DNA of 64,000 bases from an uncultured cyanobacterium. Lineage in GTDB: Bacteria > Cyanobacteriota > Cyanobacteriia > CAKZMO01. Numbering within the stretch: position 1 is the first letter of the stretch; each line of letters begins with the position of its first letter. Shown in pieces: positions 1 to 8,728 of this stretch. The DNA is taken from positions 352,001 to 416,000 of the forward strand of contig CAVRCJ010000003.1 in NCBI GenBank assembly GCA_963719515.1, read 5' to 3'. The position numbers and the translations under genes are program-made. The notes below the pieces were generated by a model. It was not told the DNA's origin, did no database searches, and saw only the letters and a program-made list of their open reading frames with translations.

Positions 1-1076
1 CTAAAGCAGCAGCAGAATGATGAGTAAAACTGCGCCACCACCAATTACCCCCCCCAGCAGCGGACCAGGCTTGAGGCCGTCTTCAGCGGTTGGGGCTGGT
101 GCTTCAGAAGCAACGGGCTGGGCGACGGGCTCCGCCACTGGCTCCAGCTGCACAGACTCAGGAGAATAGTCAGCGCCCTCTAGCATCACCTCAGTGATCA
201 ACCCGTAGGCGTCAACCCAAGCCTGCTTGACCTCCGGCGTCCAGTCTTCCTTGAGGTATTGCTCAAAGGTTTTGAGGAGGCTGTTGCCCACCAGGGGATA
301 ATGATCCGGCAGCGCGCCATACTTGACGTGGCGAGCCCCCAAGCCTTTGAGGGCACCGGTCAATTCGCCGGGTTGACGCAGGTTCTCGACCACAAGACCA
401 AAGAAGCCAAAAGCATCTCGCTCTGCTTGGCCATGTTGGTATGCGCAAATAGCGGCTTGGCTGCCGGATAGTCCGTAAACAGATTGTCGTAGAAGCTTGT
501 CGCAAATTCATCGGCGTGGGACTTTACTTTCTCAAAGCTCTGCTCCAGCATGGCGACTTTTAGGCCGGTCGCCTTATCCACCTCGTTGACATCCACGGCG
601 AGGTCAGATTCTGGCGGCTCAAGCGTCACCTCTTCTGCGGCTGTAGTCGGCCCCTTCTAGCATCATCTCGGTAATTACACCGTAGGCGTCCATCCAGGCC
701 TGCTTTGTCTCAGGGGTCCAATCAGTCCAAGGTATTGGTCAAAGGTTTTAAGGAGGAGTTACCGACCAAAGGATAGTGGGCTGGTAGCGCGCCGTACTTA
801 ACGTGGCGAGCCCCTAGCCCCTCAAGGGCGCCAGTCAGCTCGCCAGGGTGGCGTAGGTTCTCGACCACAAGACCGAAAGACGCCAAAAGCTTTTTGCTCT
901 GCTTATCACATCGGTTGCGCAAACAGCGGTTGTGCCGCTGGATAGTCTGCGAACAAGTTCTCGTAGAAGCTTTCGCAAAGTCATTGGCATGGGGCTTTAC
1001 TTTTTCGAAGCTTCTCTCCAGCAGCTCGACCTTTAGCGCCGAATCTTTGTTAATGATTTCAACGTTATGAAGCCAT
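1..1076 (-). CDS. Tandem two-domain globin (flavohemoglobin-type globin fold, no reductase domain) with C-terminal hydrophobic anchor; frameshifted in this sequence
   Basis: ORF pieces 722-922, 360-629 and 1-393 join into two copies of SFEKVK.HA..F...FY.NLF.DYPAA.PLF...KQ..LL....VVENLR.PGELTGAL.GLGARHVKYGALP.HYPLVGNS...WT.E.KQAW.DAYG.I. These are followed by a Pro/Ala linker and GGVIGGGAVLLIILLLL. Probable ATG at 1076; several indels. Confidence 0.8.
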
Positions 1077-1659
1077 TGGTATGCCTGTCCTGCAGTAGTG
1101 CAAGTTGAATTTTATAGTGAGTGAAGGCGCAAAGGGGCATCTTCTCGATTCAATACATCGGTTGGCCAATCGCATCAGCTACTCGTAATGATTTCCTGAT
1201 ATCGACGCGCTTGAAGAGACCTTAGGAAATCAGTTAGTCCTCGACTGCCAATCTTGACTACCAAATGCCTGGTAAGACGACATCTATGAAGACAGCCAAG
1301 CAAGCTCGATCCAGTATTGCTTCAGCGGGGCACTCGAAAGCTTTTAGCTCGTCGTTACATGGCAGCAAAAGCTGCGCGACGCAAACCTGACGCATAGAGA
1401 ACCGATAACCTGCACGATTTTGTCAAACAAAGCACATTTCGAGAATTTAAATTTCCGAATTTTGCATCGCTTTATGCGTTTTTCGCATTGCAAGTCCGCC
1501 AGCGCGATCGCGTGAAACTGTTATGCAAATTGCGTACTGAATTAAAACCACATTTTGCATAAGAATGTGCTTGGCTTTGTATCAAATACTGCAAATATTT
1601 CTAAGCGAAAACCCATAAAAGTTGAATAGATGAACTCTGACCACTCTGTAGAAATATCC

Positions 1660-3492
1660 ATGCCGTCTAAGGCCGTTCGTTTTTTAGGCTCAATTCGCTT
1701 AGCGGTGCCGCTGATTGGCGGCGATCGCACTCATATTAATTGGAGCCACGTTTTACGAGTCCAGCGTCGGCTCTGCCACCGTTCAGCGCGAAATCTACAA
1801 AAGCGCCTGGTTTGGCGGGCTGATGTTTTTGCTGGCGGTCAACTTAGGGGTCTCTACCCTCAGCCGCTATCCCTGGCGAGGCGCGCGCAAAGTTGGATTT
1901 GCGATCACCCACTGTGGCCTAATCATCATCATTGCCGGGTCTGCCGCCGTCATTCACCTCAGCACCGAGGGCATGCTGCTGGTGCGTACCGACAGCGGCC
2001 CCGGGAACCAAATCCGCGTGGAGGGTGACCTATTGGAGGTGGTATCGCCAGACCAAAAGCGCCAGCAAACCGATATTTTTGTCAAGCCGGACGGCTCAGT
2101 CTACCCCGCTCAGTTTGCCGGACTCTCGATGCTGGGCTACAGCGACAGCGCCATCAAAACCGTGAGCTTCGTTGAGGGGGATAGCGATAAAGACCCAGCC
2201 GCGAAAATTTGGCGGTCAAGCTGCAGCTGCGCAGCGATCGCATGGGTCAGACCCTAGAGCGGTGGCTGGCGACGGCTCCCATGGGCTATGGCCAAATGGA
2301 CATCGGTCCGGCGCATTTGGAGCTACGGCAGGCGATGGATGAGGGCGTACTCGCGCAGTTTCTCAGCCCCCCGTCGTCTCAGTCCGCCTACGGAACGCTG
2401 ACGCTGGGCGATCGCACCGTCGATATCGAAAAAGTGCTGGGCCGCTCGGTTTCCCTGAAAAAAGGGGTGAGCGCTGAAATCGTCGACGTCTGGCCCGACT
2501 TTCGGCTGACGGCGGGCAAACCGACCTCGGCCTCCAAAGCCTTCCGTAACCCAGCGGTGCAGGTGAATGTGGCCCAAGGTGATATCCAAGAGCGCTGGTT
2601 TGTGTTCGCAAAGCCGGGCTTGCCTCCGGTACGCTCCGGAAATTCCATCGCCCTAGAGGCCACCTACACCGCGCCGGAGACCACGGCGTCCGATTACTTC
2701 CGCGTTGTGGCCGCTCCTGGGGGGCAGCTGTTTTACGCGGCGCTCTCGTCCAAAGGCTTCAAGTCGGGTGAGCTGCACTCTGGTGAAGCGATCGCTCCTG
2801 GCTGGGCCGACTTTCGAATCTCGCTGGCCGAGCGTCTAGATCACGCTCAGGTGCAGCGGCAGGTAGTGCCCATGGCCCCAGTTGCCCCCGGCGCAGCCAG
2901 TAGCGAGGGATTTCCGGCCCTGCAGGTGGCTGCTGAGGGACGGAAGGCCTGGCTCCCCTGGGGCGAGCCCATGGCCCTCGATACGCCCGGCGGCGAATAC
3001 TTCGCGGCCTTTACGCCCAAGCTGCTACAGCTTCCTTTCTACGTGAAGCTCGATGACTTTATCGTGGAGCGCAACGAAGGTAGCGAATCGGTGGCCATGT
3101 GGACCAGCAACATCACCCTGTTTGACCCCACGACCGACACCGCCGCCCACCGCTCGGTGTGGATGAACCACCCCACCTGGTTTCGCGGCTGGAAGCTGGC
3201 CCAGGCATCCTGGAATCCTGGCGACCTGAAGCAGTCTACCCTGCAGCTGAAGCGGGAGCCCTGGTGGGTAACGGCGCTAACCTGGATCGGGTCGCTGATG
3301 GTGGTGACTGGCGTGGGCACCATGTTCTACGGTCCGGCGCTGGTGAAGCGATCGCGGGGCCGCAAACCCGCACCCCAGCCCGGAACCCCGTCGCCCGAAA
3401 CACCTTCGCCCGAAACACCTTCGGGACAGGCCACGGAGGACGCGATCGCCGAACCGGCACCACAATTGGTTGGGGCGCAAACCCATCCGTGA
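1660..3492 (+). CDS. ResB/Ccs1-like cytochrome c biogenesis (system II) protein; two frameshifts (~1715, ~2210)
   Basis: N-terminal FLGSIRLAVPL..IGATFYES..IYKSAWF..RYPW..GFAITHCGL transmembrane segments; C-terminal WMNHPTWFRGWKLAQASW..REPWWVTALTWIGSLM typical of ResB; spread over ORFs 1630-2028, 1715-2257 and 2209-3492. Confidence 0.8.
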
Positions 3493-3527
3493 ACCGCCCC
3501 GCCGTAAACGAACAATTTTGGACAACT

Positions 3528-5261
3528 ATGAACGGCTCTAACATCATTAAATTCTTGGTCGGTCTGTGTTTGGGCTGCGTCCTCCTACTGCTGCCCCTCA
3601 GCCAGTTCCAGCCCGACGGCCTTGAAAGCCTGCGCACCCTGGCCGTGCAGCTTGACGGGCGCAAAAAGCCCCTCGACACCGTTGCCAAAGAAACGATCGC
3701 TAAGATACATGGCTCGACGACCTATCGTCACGCGGACGGTGAAGCGATCGCCAAAGAGGGCTACCTCACCGCCTACCTCGGCATGTGGTTCAACACCCGC
3801 AACTGGAACGAAGAGCCCGTGGTGCTGGTCAGCTATCGACCCCTCAAAGAGGTGGCTGGCCTAGATTTAGAGCGTAAGCACTTCACCTTCCAGGAGCTGA
3901 TGACCAACCGGGAGCTAGGAGCGATCGTCGGGCAGGCTCACCAAAAGGAAGCCGAAGAGATAGACCTCAGCCGCGATGAGCGGGAGGCACTCTCCATCGA
4001 AGGTCGCCTGAACCTGCTGTACCAGGCCGTGGGAGATAAAAGCCTGCCCATTGTCCCGCATCCCAGCGAAATTAAGGGCAAATGGGCCGGTCTCAGCAGC
4101 TCGCCGCAGCTCTACGCACCAGAGGCGATCGCCCCGGTGATGGCCCAGTTTGCCGTGATGCAGCGGACCTTACTGAGCGGTGGCCTCACCCACCTGCCCA
4201 TGGTGGGGCCGCTGGCGGATAACCTCAAGGAAAGCCTGCAGCAGCTCAGCCCTGCGATTTATCCCACCGACGTGACGCTGGCGCGAGAGGTGCATTTCAA
4301 CCACTTTCACCCCTTTGCCAAGACCTGGTGGCTATACGGCCTGGCATTCATCGCCATGCTCGCCGCCCTATGGATAAAGCCCTGGAATCTCTACTGGAGC
4401 GCCATCGGCCTGTTCACGGCGGGCATTGCGGTACAGAGCTACGGCTTCTTTCTGCGCATGCAGATTGCCGGTCGGCCCCCGGTCACCAACATGTATGAAT
4501 CTGTAGTGTGGGTGGGCTTTGGCATCGCGGCGATCGCCCTGGCGTTTGAGCTCACCTCCCGCAGTCGCTACTACCTGCTGGCGGCGGCTCCCCTGGCCAT
4601 GGTCTGCCTCATCTTGGCCGACAGCCTGCCCGCCGTCCTCGATCCCAGCATCTCGCCCCTGGTGCCGGTGCTGCGGGACAATTTTTGGCTCAGCATCCAC
4701 GTGCCCACCATCGCCCTCAGCTACGCCAGCTTTGCCCTAGCCCTGGGGTTGGGACATGTCGCCCTGGGCAACTATCTATTTGCCCCGCAAGAGAAAAAGC
4801 GCATCAAAACCCTGTCTCAGCTCAACTACCGGGTGCTGCAGGTGGGGGTGCTGCTGCTGACGGCGGGCATTATCCTAGGCGGCATCTGGGCTCACTTCTC
4901 CTGGGGCCGCTTCTGGGGCTGGGATCCGAAGGAGACCTGGGCACTGATTGCCCTGCTCTGCTACCTGGCTCCGCTCCACAGCCGGCTGACGGGCTGGATG
5001 GGGGACTTTGGCATCAACGTGGCTAGCGTGGTGTCGTTTAACGCGGTGCTGATGGCTTGGTACGGGGTGAATTTTGTCCTGGGTACGGGATTGCACAGCT
5101 ACGGCTTTGGCACCGGAGGGTCGGCGCTGGTGATTGCCGGGGTGGTGGGTCTGGACCTGCTGTTTGTGGCGATCGCGGCGGTGCGGCATTACGGCTGGTT
5201 CAAGGGTCTGGGTGAATCCACGTCTGCGGTGCCTCCCGATGGCATCATTGTGGGAGATTAG
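3528..5261 (+). CDS. ccsA: CcsA/ResC (NrfI-like, long form) cytochrome c biogenesis/heme translocase
   Basis: WWD domain WAHFSWGRFWGWDPKETW, conserved His in LSIHV and GLHSYG, PVTNMYES, and N-terminal GRKKPLDT extension. Confidence 0.9.
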   Translation: MNGSNIIKFLVGLCLGCVLLLLPLSQFQPDGLESLRTLAVQLDGRKKPLDTVAKETIAKIHGSTTYRHADGEAIAKEGYLTAYLGMWFNTRNWNEEPVVLVSYRPLKEVAGLDLERKHFTFQELMTNRELGAIVGQAHQKEAEEIDLSRDEREALSIEGRLNLLYQAVGDKSLPIVPHPSEIKGKWAGLSSSPQLYAPEAIAPVMAQFAVMQRTLLSGGLTHLPMVGPLADNLKESLQQLSPAIYPTDVTLAREVHFNHFHPFAKTWWLYGLAFIAMLAALWIKPWNLYWSAIGLFTAGIAVQSYGFFLRMQIAGRPPVTNMYESVVWVGFGIAAIALAFELTSRSRYYLLAAAPLAMVCLILADSLPAVLDPSISPLVPVLRDNFWLSIHVPTIALSYASFALALGLGHVALGNYLFAPQEKKRIKTLSQLNYRVLQVGVLLLTAGIILGGIWAHFSWGRFWGWDPKETWALIALLCYLAPLHSRLTGWMGDFGINVASVVSFNAVLMAWYGVNFVLGTGLHSYGFGTGGSALVIAGVVGLDLLFVAIAAVRHYGWFKGLGESTSAVPPDGIIVGD

Positions 5262-5277
5262 GCTGTATCGGCATACT

Positions 5278-5381
5278 GTAGGTTGGGTTGAATTTATGAA
5301 ACCCAACGTCACCATTGATATTGTTGGGTTACGCTAGCGCTTTTTAGCGAAGCCATGCCCGAAGGGCTATACCCAACCTAC
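5278..5381. repeat. GTAG-type REP doublet (REPIN-like) with an internal short hairpin insert
   Basis: GTAGGTTGGGTT..AACCCAAC ... GTTGGGTTAC..ACCCAACCTAC terminal inverted repeats in the ccsA-Rieske spacer. Confidence 0.7.
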
Positions 5382-5401
5382 GATTTTTGAGGAATGAACC
5401 T

Positions 5402-5875
5402 ATGAAACGACGCGAATTTATGAACTGGGTGGGCTTTGGGGCCCTGGCCGCCTCCCTCCCCGTGGCGATCGCCGCCTGTCAGCCTGATACCGCCTCGACC
5501 GACAGTGCCCCAACCGACAGCGCCCCTGCTGAAGATGAGACTGCATCCGCAGAACTGGACAGCACCCCTGACGCTGAGGGCTTCTCCGCCATCGGCACGG
5601 TTGCCGAGCTAGACGAGGGCAGCATTTCCAGCAAGAACTTCCAGGGCGAGCAGGTCGCCGTCGTTCGCGCAGCCGAAGGCGTTGTGGCGGTCAATACCCT
5701 CTGCACCCACCAAGGCTGTACCGTCAAATGGGACGGTGAAGCGTTTGCCTGCCCCTGCCACGGCTCCAACTTCTTCCCTGACGGCAGCGTTGCCACCGGC
5801 CCAGCATCAGAGCCGCTGCCGACCTATGAGGCTAAGATTGACGGCGATCGCGTCTTGGTCAAGGTGGCGGCGTAG
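5402..5875 (+). CDS. Small Rieske [2Fe-2S] protein with Tat signal and lipobox (PetC3-like)
   Basis: KRREFM twin-arginine motif, AIAAC lipobox, CTHQGC and CPCHGS Rieske boxes. Confidence 0.9.
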   Translation: MKRREFMNWVGFGALAASLPVAIAACQPDTASTDSAPTDSAPAEDETASAELDSTPDAEGFSAIGTVAELDEGSISSKNFQGEQVAVVRAAEGVVAVNTLCTHQGCTVKWDGEAFACPCHGSNFFPDGSVATGPASEPLPTYEAKIDGDRVLVKVAA

Positions 5876-5896
5876 TCCAAGACTACCCTCAGCTTG

Positions 5897-7627
5897 TTAA
5901 ATTCCGTGGCTTTTGCCGATCACCCAGTGACGGCGAAAGAATCGCGACAGCTGCGACTCGGCCAGAGGCAGGTAGATTGGGCGACCGTGGGGGCAGGTCT
6001 GGGGCTGGCGGGTCTGCTGCCACTGGGTCACCAGCGACTGCATCTCCGGCAGCGCTAGCGGCGTCCCGTTGCGGATGGCGGTGCGGCAAGCGGTGGCGAC
6101 AATGGCAGCCTCAGCGTCTTCCTGGCTGAGCTCCCGCAGCGCCTCGACGCAGTCCTCCCGCCCCATCAGCGCCTCCGGCAGCGTCCGTACGGCCCAGACG
6201 TTATCTCCAAAGGGCTCAATGTCAACGTCAATCTGCTGCAGTCGCTCCACCTGAGCCGCGGTTAGGCCCGTCAAAACCAGCGGCGACGCCACGGGCACCG
6301 TGCGCCAGCGATCGCACAGCTGCTCATAGATCACCCGCTCGTGGGCGATGTGCTGCTCAATCAGCCAAACGCCGCTGGGGTGCTCCGCCAGGATGTAGGT
6401 GTTGTGGACCTGGGCCAGCACCGTCAGCGACAGCAGCGGCAGCGCTGGGCTAGCTTGGTCTTCAACAGCCCCGTTGATTTTAGCCTTGTCGTCAGCGTCA
6501 CCCCCATCGGCGATCGCTCCATTCATCCGTGCGCCATAGGTTCCCCCCGTCTCCGCCACCGTTAGCAGCGACGACGTCCGGGGGACGGGGCTATCGGACG
6601 CCGCGACGAGGCCCTGACGCAGAGCTGTGGCGATCGCCCCCTTAATCTGCTCTCGCCACAGGTCCATATTCTGCAGGTGAATTTCACTTTTGGCCGGGTG
6701 ACGGTTCCAGTCAATCTGGGTTGGCGAAACCCTTAAATGCACGGCGCAAATAGGGTAGCGCCCTCGGGGGAGGCTGCGGTGAAAGACCCCTAAAATCGAC
6801 TGCGTCAGCGCCGGACATTGAACCACGCGACCGTTGATCGCCACCGTGACCCAGTCGGGTCGGTGACGGTGGCGGCGATCGGGCAGCGCCAGCACCAGGC
6901 GGCAGGGTGGGGCGTCTTCTTCTGCATCGCACAGATCGCTGGGCCAAACATGCTCCACCAGGTCCGCAGCAGGCAGCCGCAGAATTTGGGCCATTACCTG
7001 CCGCATGGTGTCGGGGTAGAGCTTAAACCAGGGGCGATCGCCCTGGTTGACCTGCCAGGTGAGGTGGGGATGGCACAGCGCTAGGGCATGGATGACCTGC
7101 TGCACCTGACGCAGCTGCTGAGACTTGGCGGGCAGGGCCAGCCGCCGTAGGGCCAGCCGCTGAAACAGATCCTCGACCGTCACCACAGTGCCGGGGGCGA
7201 TCGCCATAGGCTCTATCGCTGCTGGCTGGCCCTGTCCGTCGTACCGGACGCGCCAGCCCTGATCGGCGCCCCGCTGATAGCTACAGATTTCTAGGGAGGA
7301 GAGCTGCGCCAGGCTGTGCAGCGCCTCGCCGCGAAAGCCGAGGCTGCTAATACTGCGCAGATCTACGGCCTGGGAGATTTTGCTGGTGCTGTTGGCGGTC
7401 GCCGCCTGACGCAGATCTTCTGGGGAGAACCCAACGCCGTCATCCACCACTTGAGCCGCCCAGCGCTCGACGTCCACCGTCACCGTCAGGCGCTGGGCCC
7501 TAGCATCAATGGCGTTCTCCGCCAGCTCTCGCACCACAGCGGCCATGCAGTCGATCACCTCCCCCGCCGCAATCAGATGGACGACGTCTTGGGGAAGGGA
7601 CCGAATCAGGGATGGGGGCATAGGCAT
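5897..7627 (-). CDS. mutL: DNA mismatch repair protein MutL
   Basis: IAAGEVI, ELAENAIDA, LGFRGEAL, EQHIAHER, ACR and CPHGRP motifs. Confidence 0.95.
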   Translation of the reverse strand: MPMPPSLIRSLPQDVVHLIAAGEVIDCMAAVVRELAENAIDARAQRLTVTVDVERWAAQVVDDGVGFSPEDLRQAATANSTSKISQAVDLRSISSLGFRGEALHSLAQLSSLEICSYQRGADQGWRVRYDGQGQPAAIEPMAIAPGTVVTVEDLFQRLALRRLALPAKSQQLRQVQQVIHALALCHPHLTWQVNQGDRPWFKLYPDTMRQVMAQILRLPAADLVEHVWPSDLCDAEEDAPPCRLVLALPDRRHRHRPDWVTVAINGRVVQCPALTQSILGVFHRSLPRGRYPICAVHLRVSPTQIDWNRHPAKSEIHLQNMDLWREQIKGAIATALRQGLVAASDSPVPRTSSLLTVAETGGTYGARMNGAIADGGDADDKAKINGAVEDQASPALPLLSLTVLAQVHNTYILAEHPSGVWLIEQHIAHERVIYEQLCDRWRTVPVASPLVLTGLTAAQVERLQQIDVDIEPFGDNVWAVRTLPEALMGREDCVEALRELSQEDAEAAIVATACRTAIRNGTPLALPEMQSLVTQWQQTRQPQTCPHGRPIYLPLAESQLSRFFRRHWVIGKSHGI

Positions 7628-7726
7628 GGGGGGGGATGCACAGAAGAGGACTGTCGACCGAGGTGATGCCTTCTGTACTATCCTATCGAGGATGCCGCAG
7701 CAATCGAGCCCAGGAGGGCGCAGACG

Positions 7727-8116
7727 ATGTCGAGCTATGACGCGATCTACCAAATCGTGCGACAGATTCCTCAGGGGAAAGTCGCGACCTATGGTCAAGT
7801 GGCTAATCTGGCGGGGCTGCCGGGACGAGCGCGCCTTGTGGGCTATGCTCTTCACCGCGTCGATACCCCAGATTCAGAAATTCCCTGGCACCGCGTGATC
7901 AACGCCAAAGGGGAGATCTCTTACTCGGCACTGCGGCGCGGCGGCGACTACCTGCAGCGATCGCTGCTAGAAGATGAGGGCATTGAATTTACGTCGGCGG
8001 GAAAAGTCAGCTTTGCCCGGTGTCTGTGGCATCCCTCGGATCTTCTAGAGGAAGCTCACCTCGGTAACCCCGTTCTCGATAGCCCCATGCTTGATGGACC
8101 TATACCCGATGGCTAA
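7727..8116 (+). CDS. Alkyltransferase-like (ATL/YbaZ, MGMT family) DNA-damage binding protein
   Basis: IPQGKVATYGQVA..ARLVGYAL..PWHRV (Trp in place of the catalytic Cys). Confidence 0.9.
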   Translation: MSSYDAIYQIVRQIPQGKVATYGQVANLAGLPGRARLVGYALHRVDTPDSEIPWHRVINAKGEISYSALRRGGDYLQRSLLEDEGIEFTSAGKVSFARCLWHPSDLLEEAHLGNPVLDSPMLDGPIPDG

Positions 8117-8696
8117 CCAAGGGCGCGACAAAGACTTGATTGCGCCCCTGGTTTTTGGCCAGGCGTAGAGCAGATTCTGCCGCCTCAACTAAGACTGACT
8201 GCTCTTCATGCTGCTGCGGAACTTGACTGGCAACGCCTACCGAGATGGAAACGCTAATCAGGTTCGAGCGAATCCGCATTGTCTCGGCCAATCCCGCTGC
8301 TCCCTCAACGTCGGTCGCGGACAAAATGCAGGCAAATTCGTCTCCACTACAGCGGGCCAGGCTGTCCCCGGCGCGTTTGGAAATAGAGATGAAGGCCTGG
8401 GCGAGGTGACGCAGCAGCATGTCTCCCCCGGCGCGGCCCTTACTTTCGTTGTAGTCTTTGAAGCAGTCGATCCCGGCCAAGATTAAGCTCAGCGGCTCCT
8501 CTCGCCGGGCGCAGCGCCGCCATTCTCGAGCCAGCATGAGATTGAAGCCACGGCGATTATAGAGGCCCGTCAGCTCATCGGTCACCGCCTGATGCTGCAG
8601 TCGCTGGTTTTCAGCCTCAAGCGCCGCTATGCGGCCCAACAGCTCTTGAATCTCGCCTGAGCTAGAGGGCTCGTGATCATTGGAGCGCGTCGACAT
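8100..8696 (-). CDS. GGDEF-domain protein with short coiled coil; degenerate active site
   Basis: TDELTGLYNRR, GIDCFKDYN, SGDEF, AKNQGRN. Confidence 0.85.
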   Translation of the reverse strand: MSTRSNDHEPSSSGEIQELLGRIAALEAENQRLQHQAVTDELTGLYNRRGFNLMLAREWRRCARREEPLSLILAGIDCFKDYNESKGRAGGDMLLRHLAQAFISISKRAGDSLARCSGDEFACILSATDVEGAAGLAETMRIRSNLISVSISVGVASQVPQQHEEQSVLVEAAESALRLAKNQGRNQVFVAPLVSHRV

Positions 8697-8728
8697 GGAA
8701 GTTTACCTCAACAAAGGTTGCACTGAAT

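Noticed and set aside
1579..1590. TGTATCAAATAC as an NtcA box
   Set aside because: Spacing is GTA-N5-TAC, not N8.
3385..3425. PSPET tandem repeat in the ResB tail
   Set aside because: Ordinary low-complexity linker.
3159..3527. N-terminal 123 aa of the 700-aa ORF as part of CcsA or a resB-ccsA fusion
   Set aside because: It overlaps the resB C-terminus in another frame; resB has its own stop at 3492 and a signal-like start follows at 3528.
7628..7855. N-terminal extension of MutL
   Set aside because: It overlaps the divergent ATL gene; MutL similarity starts near 7627.
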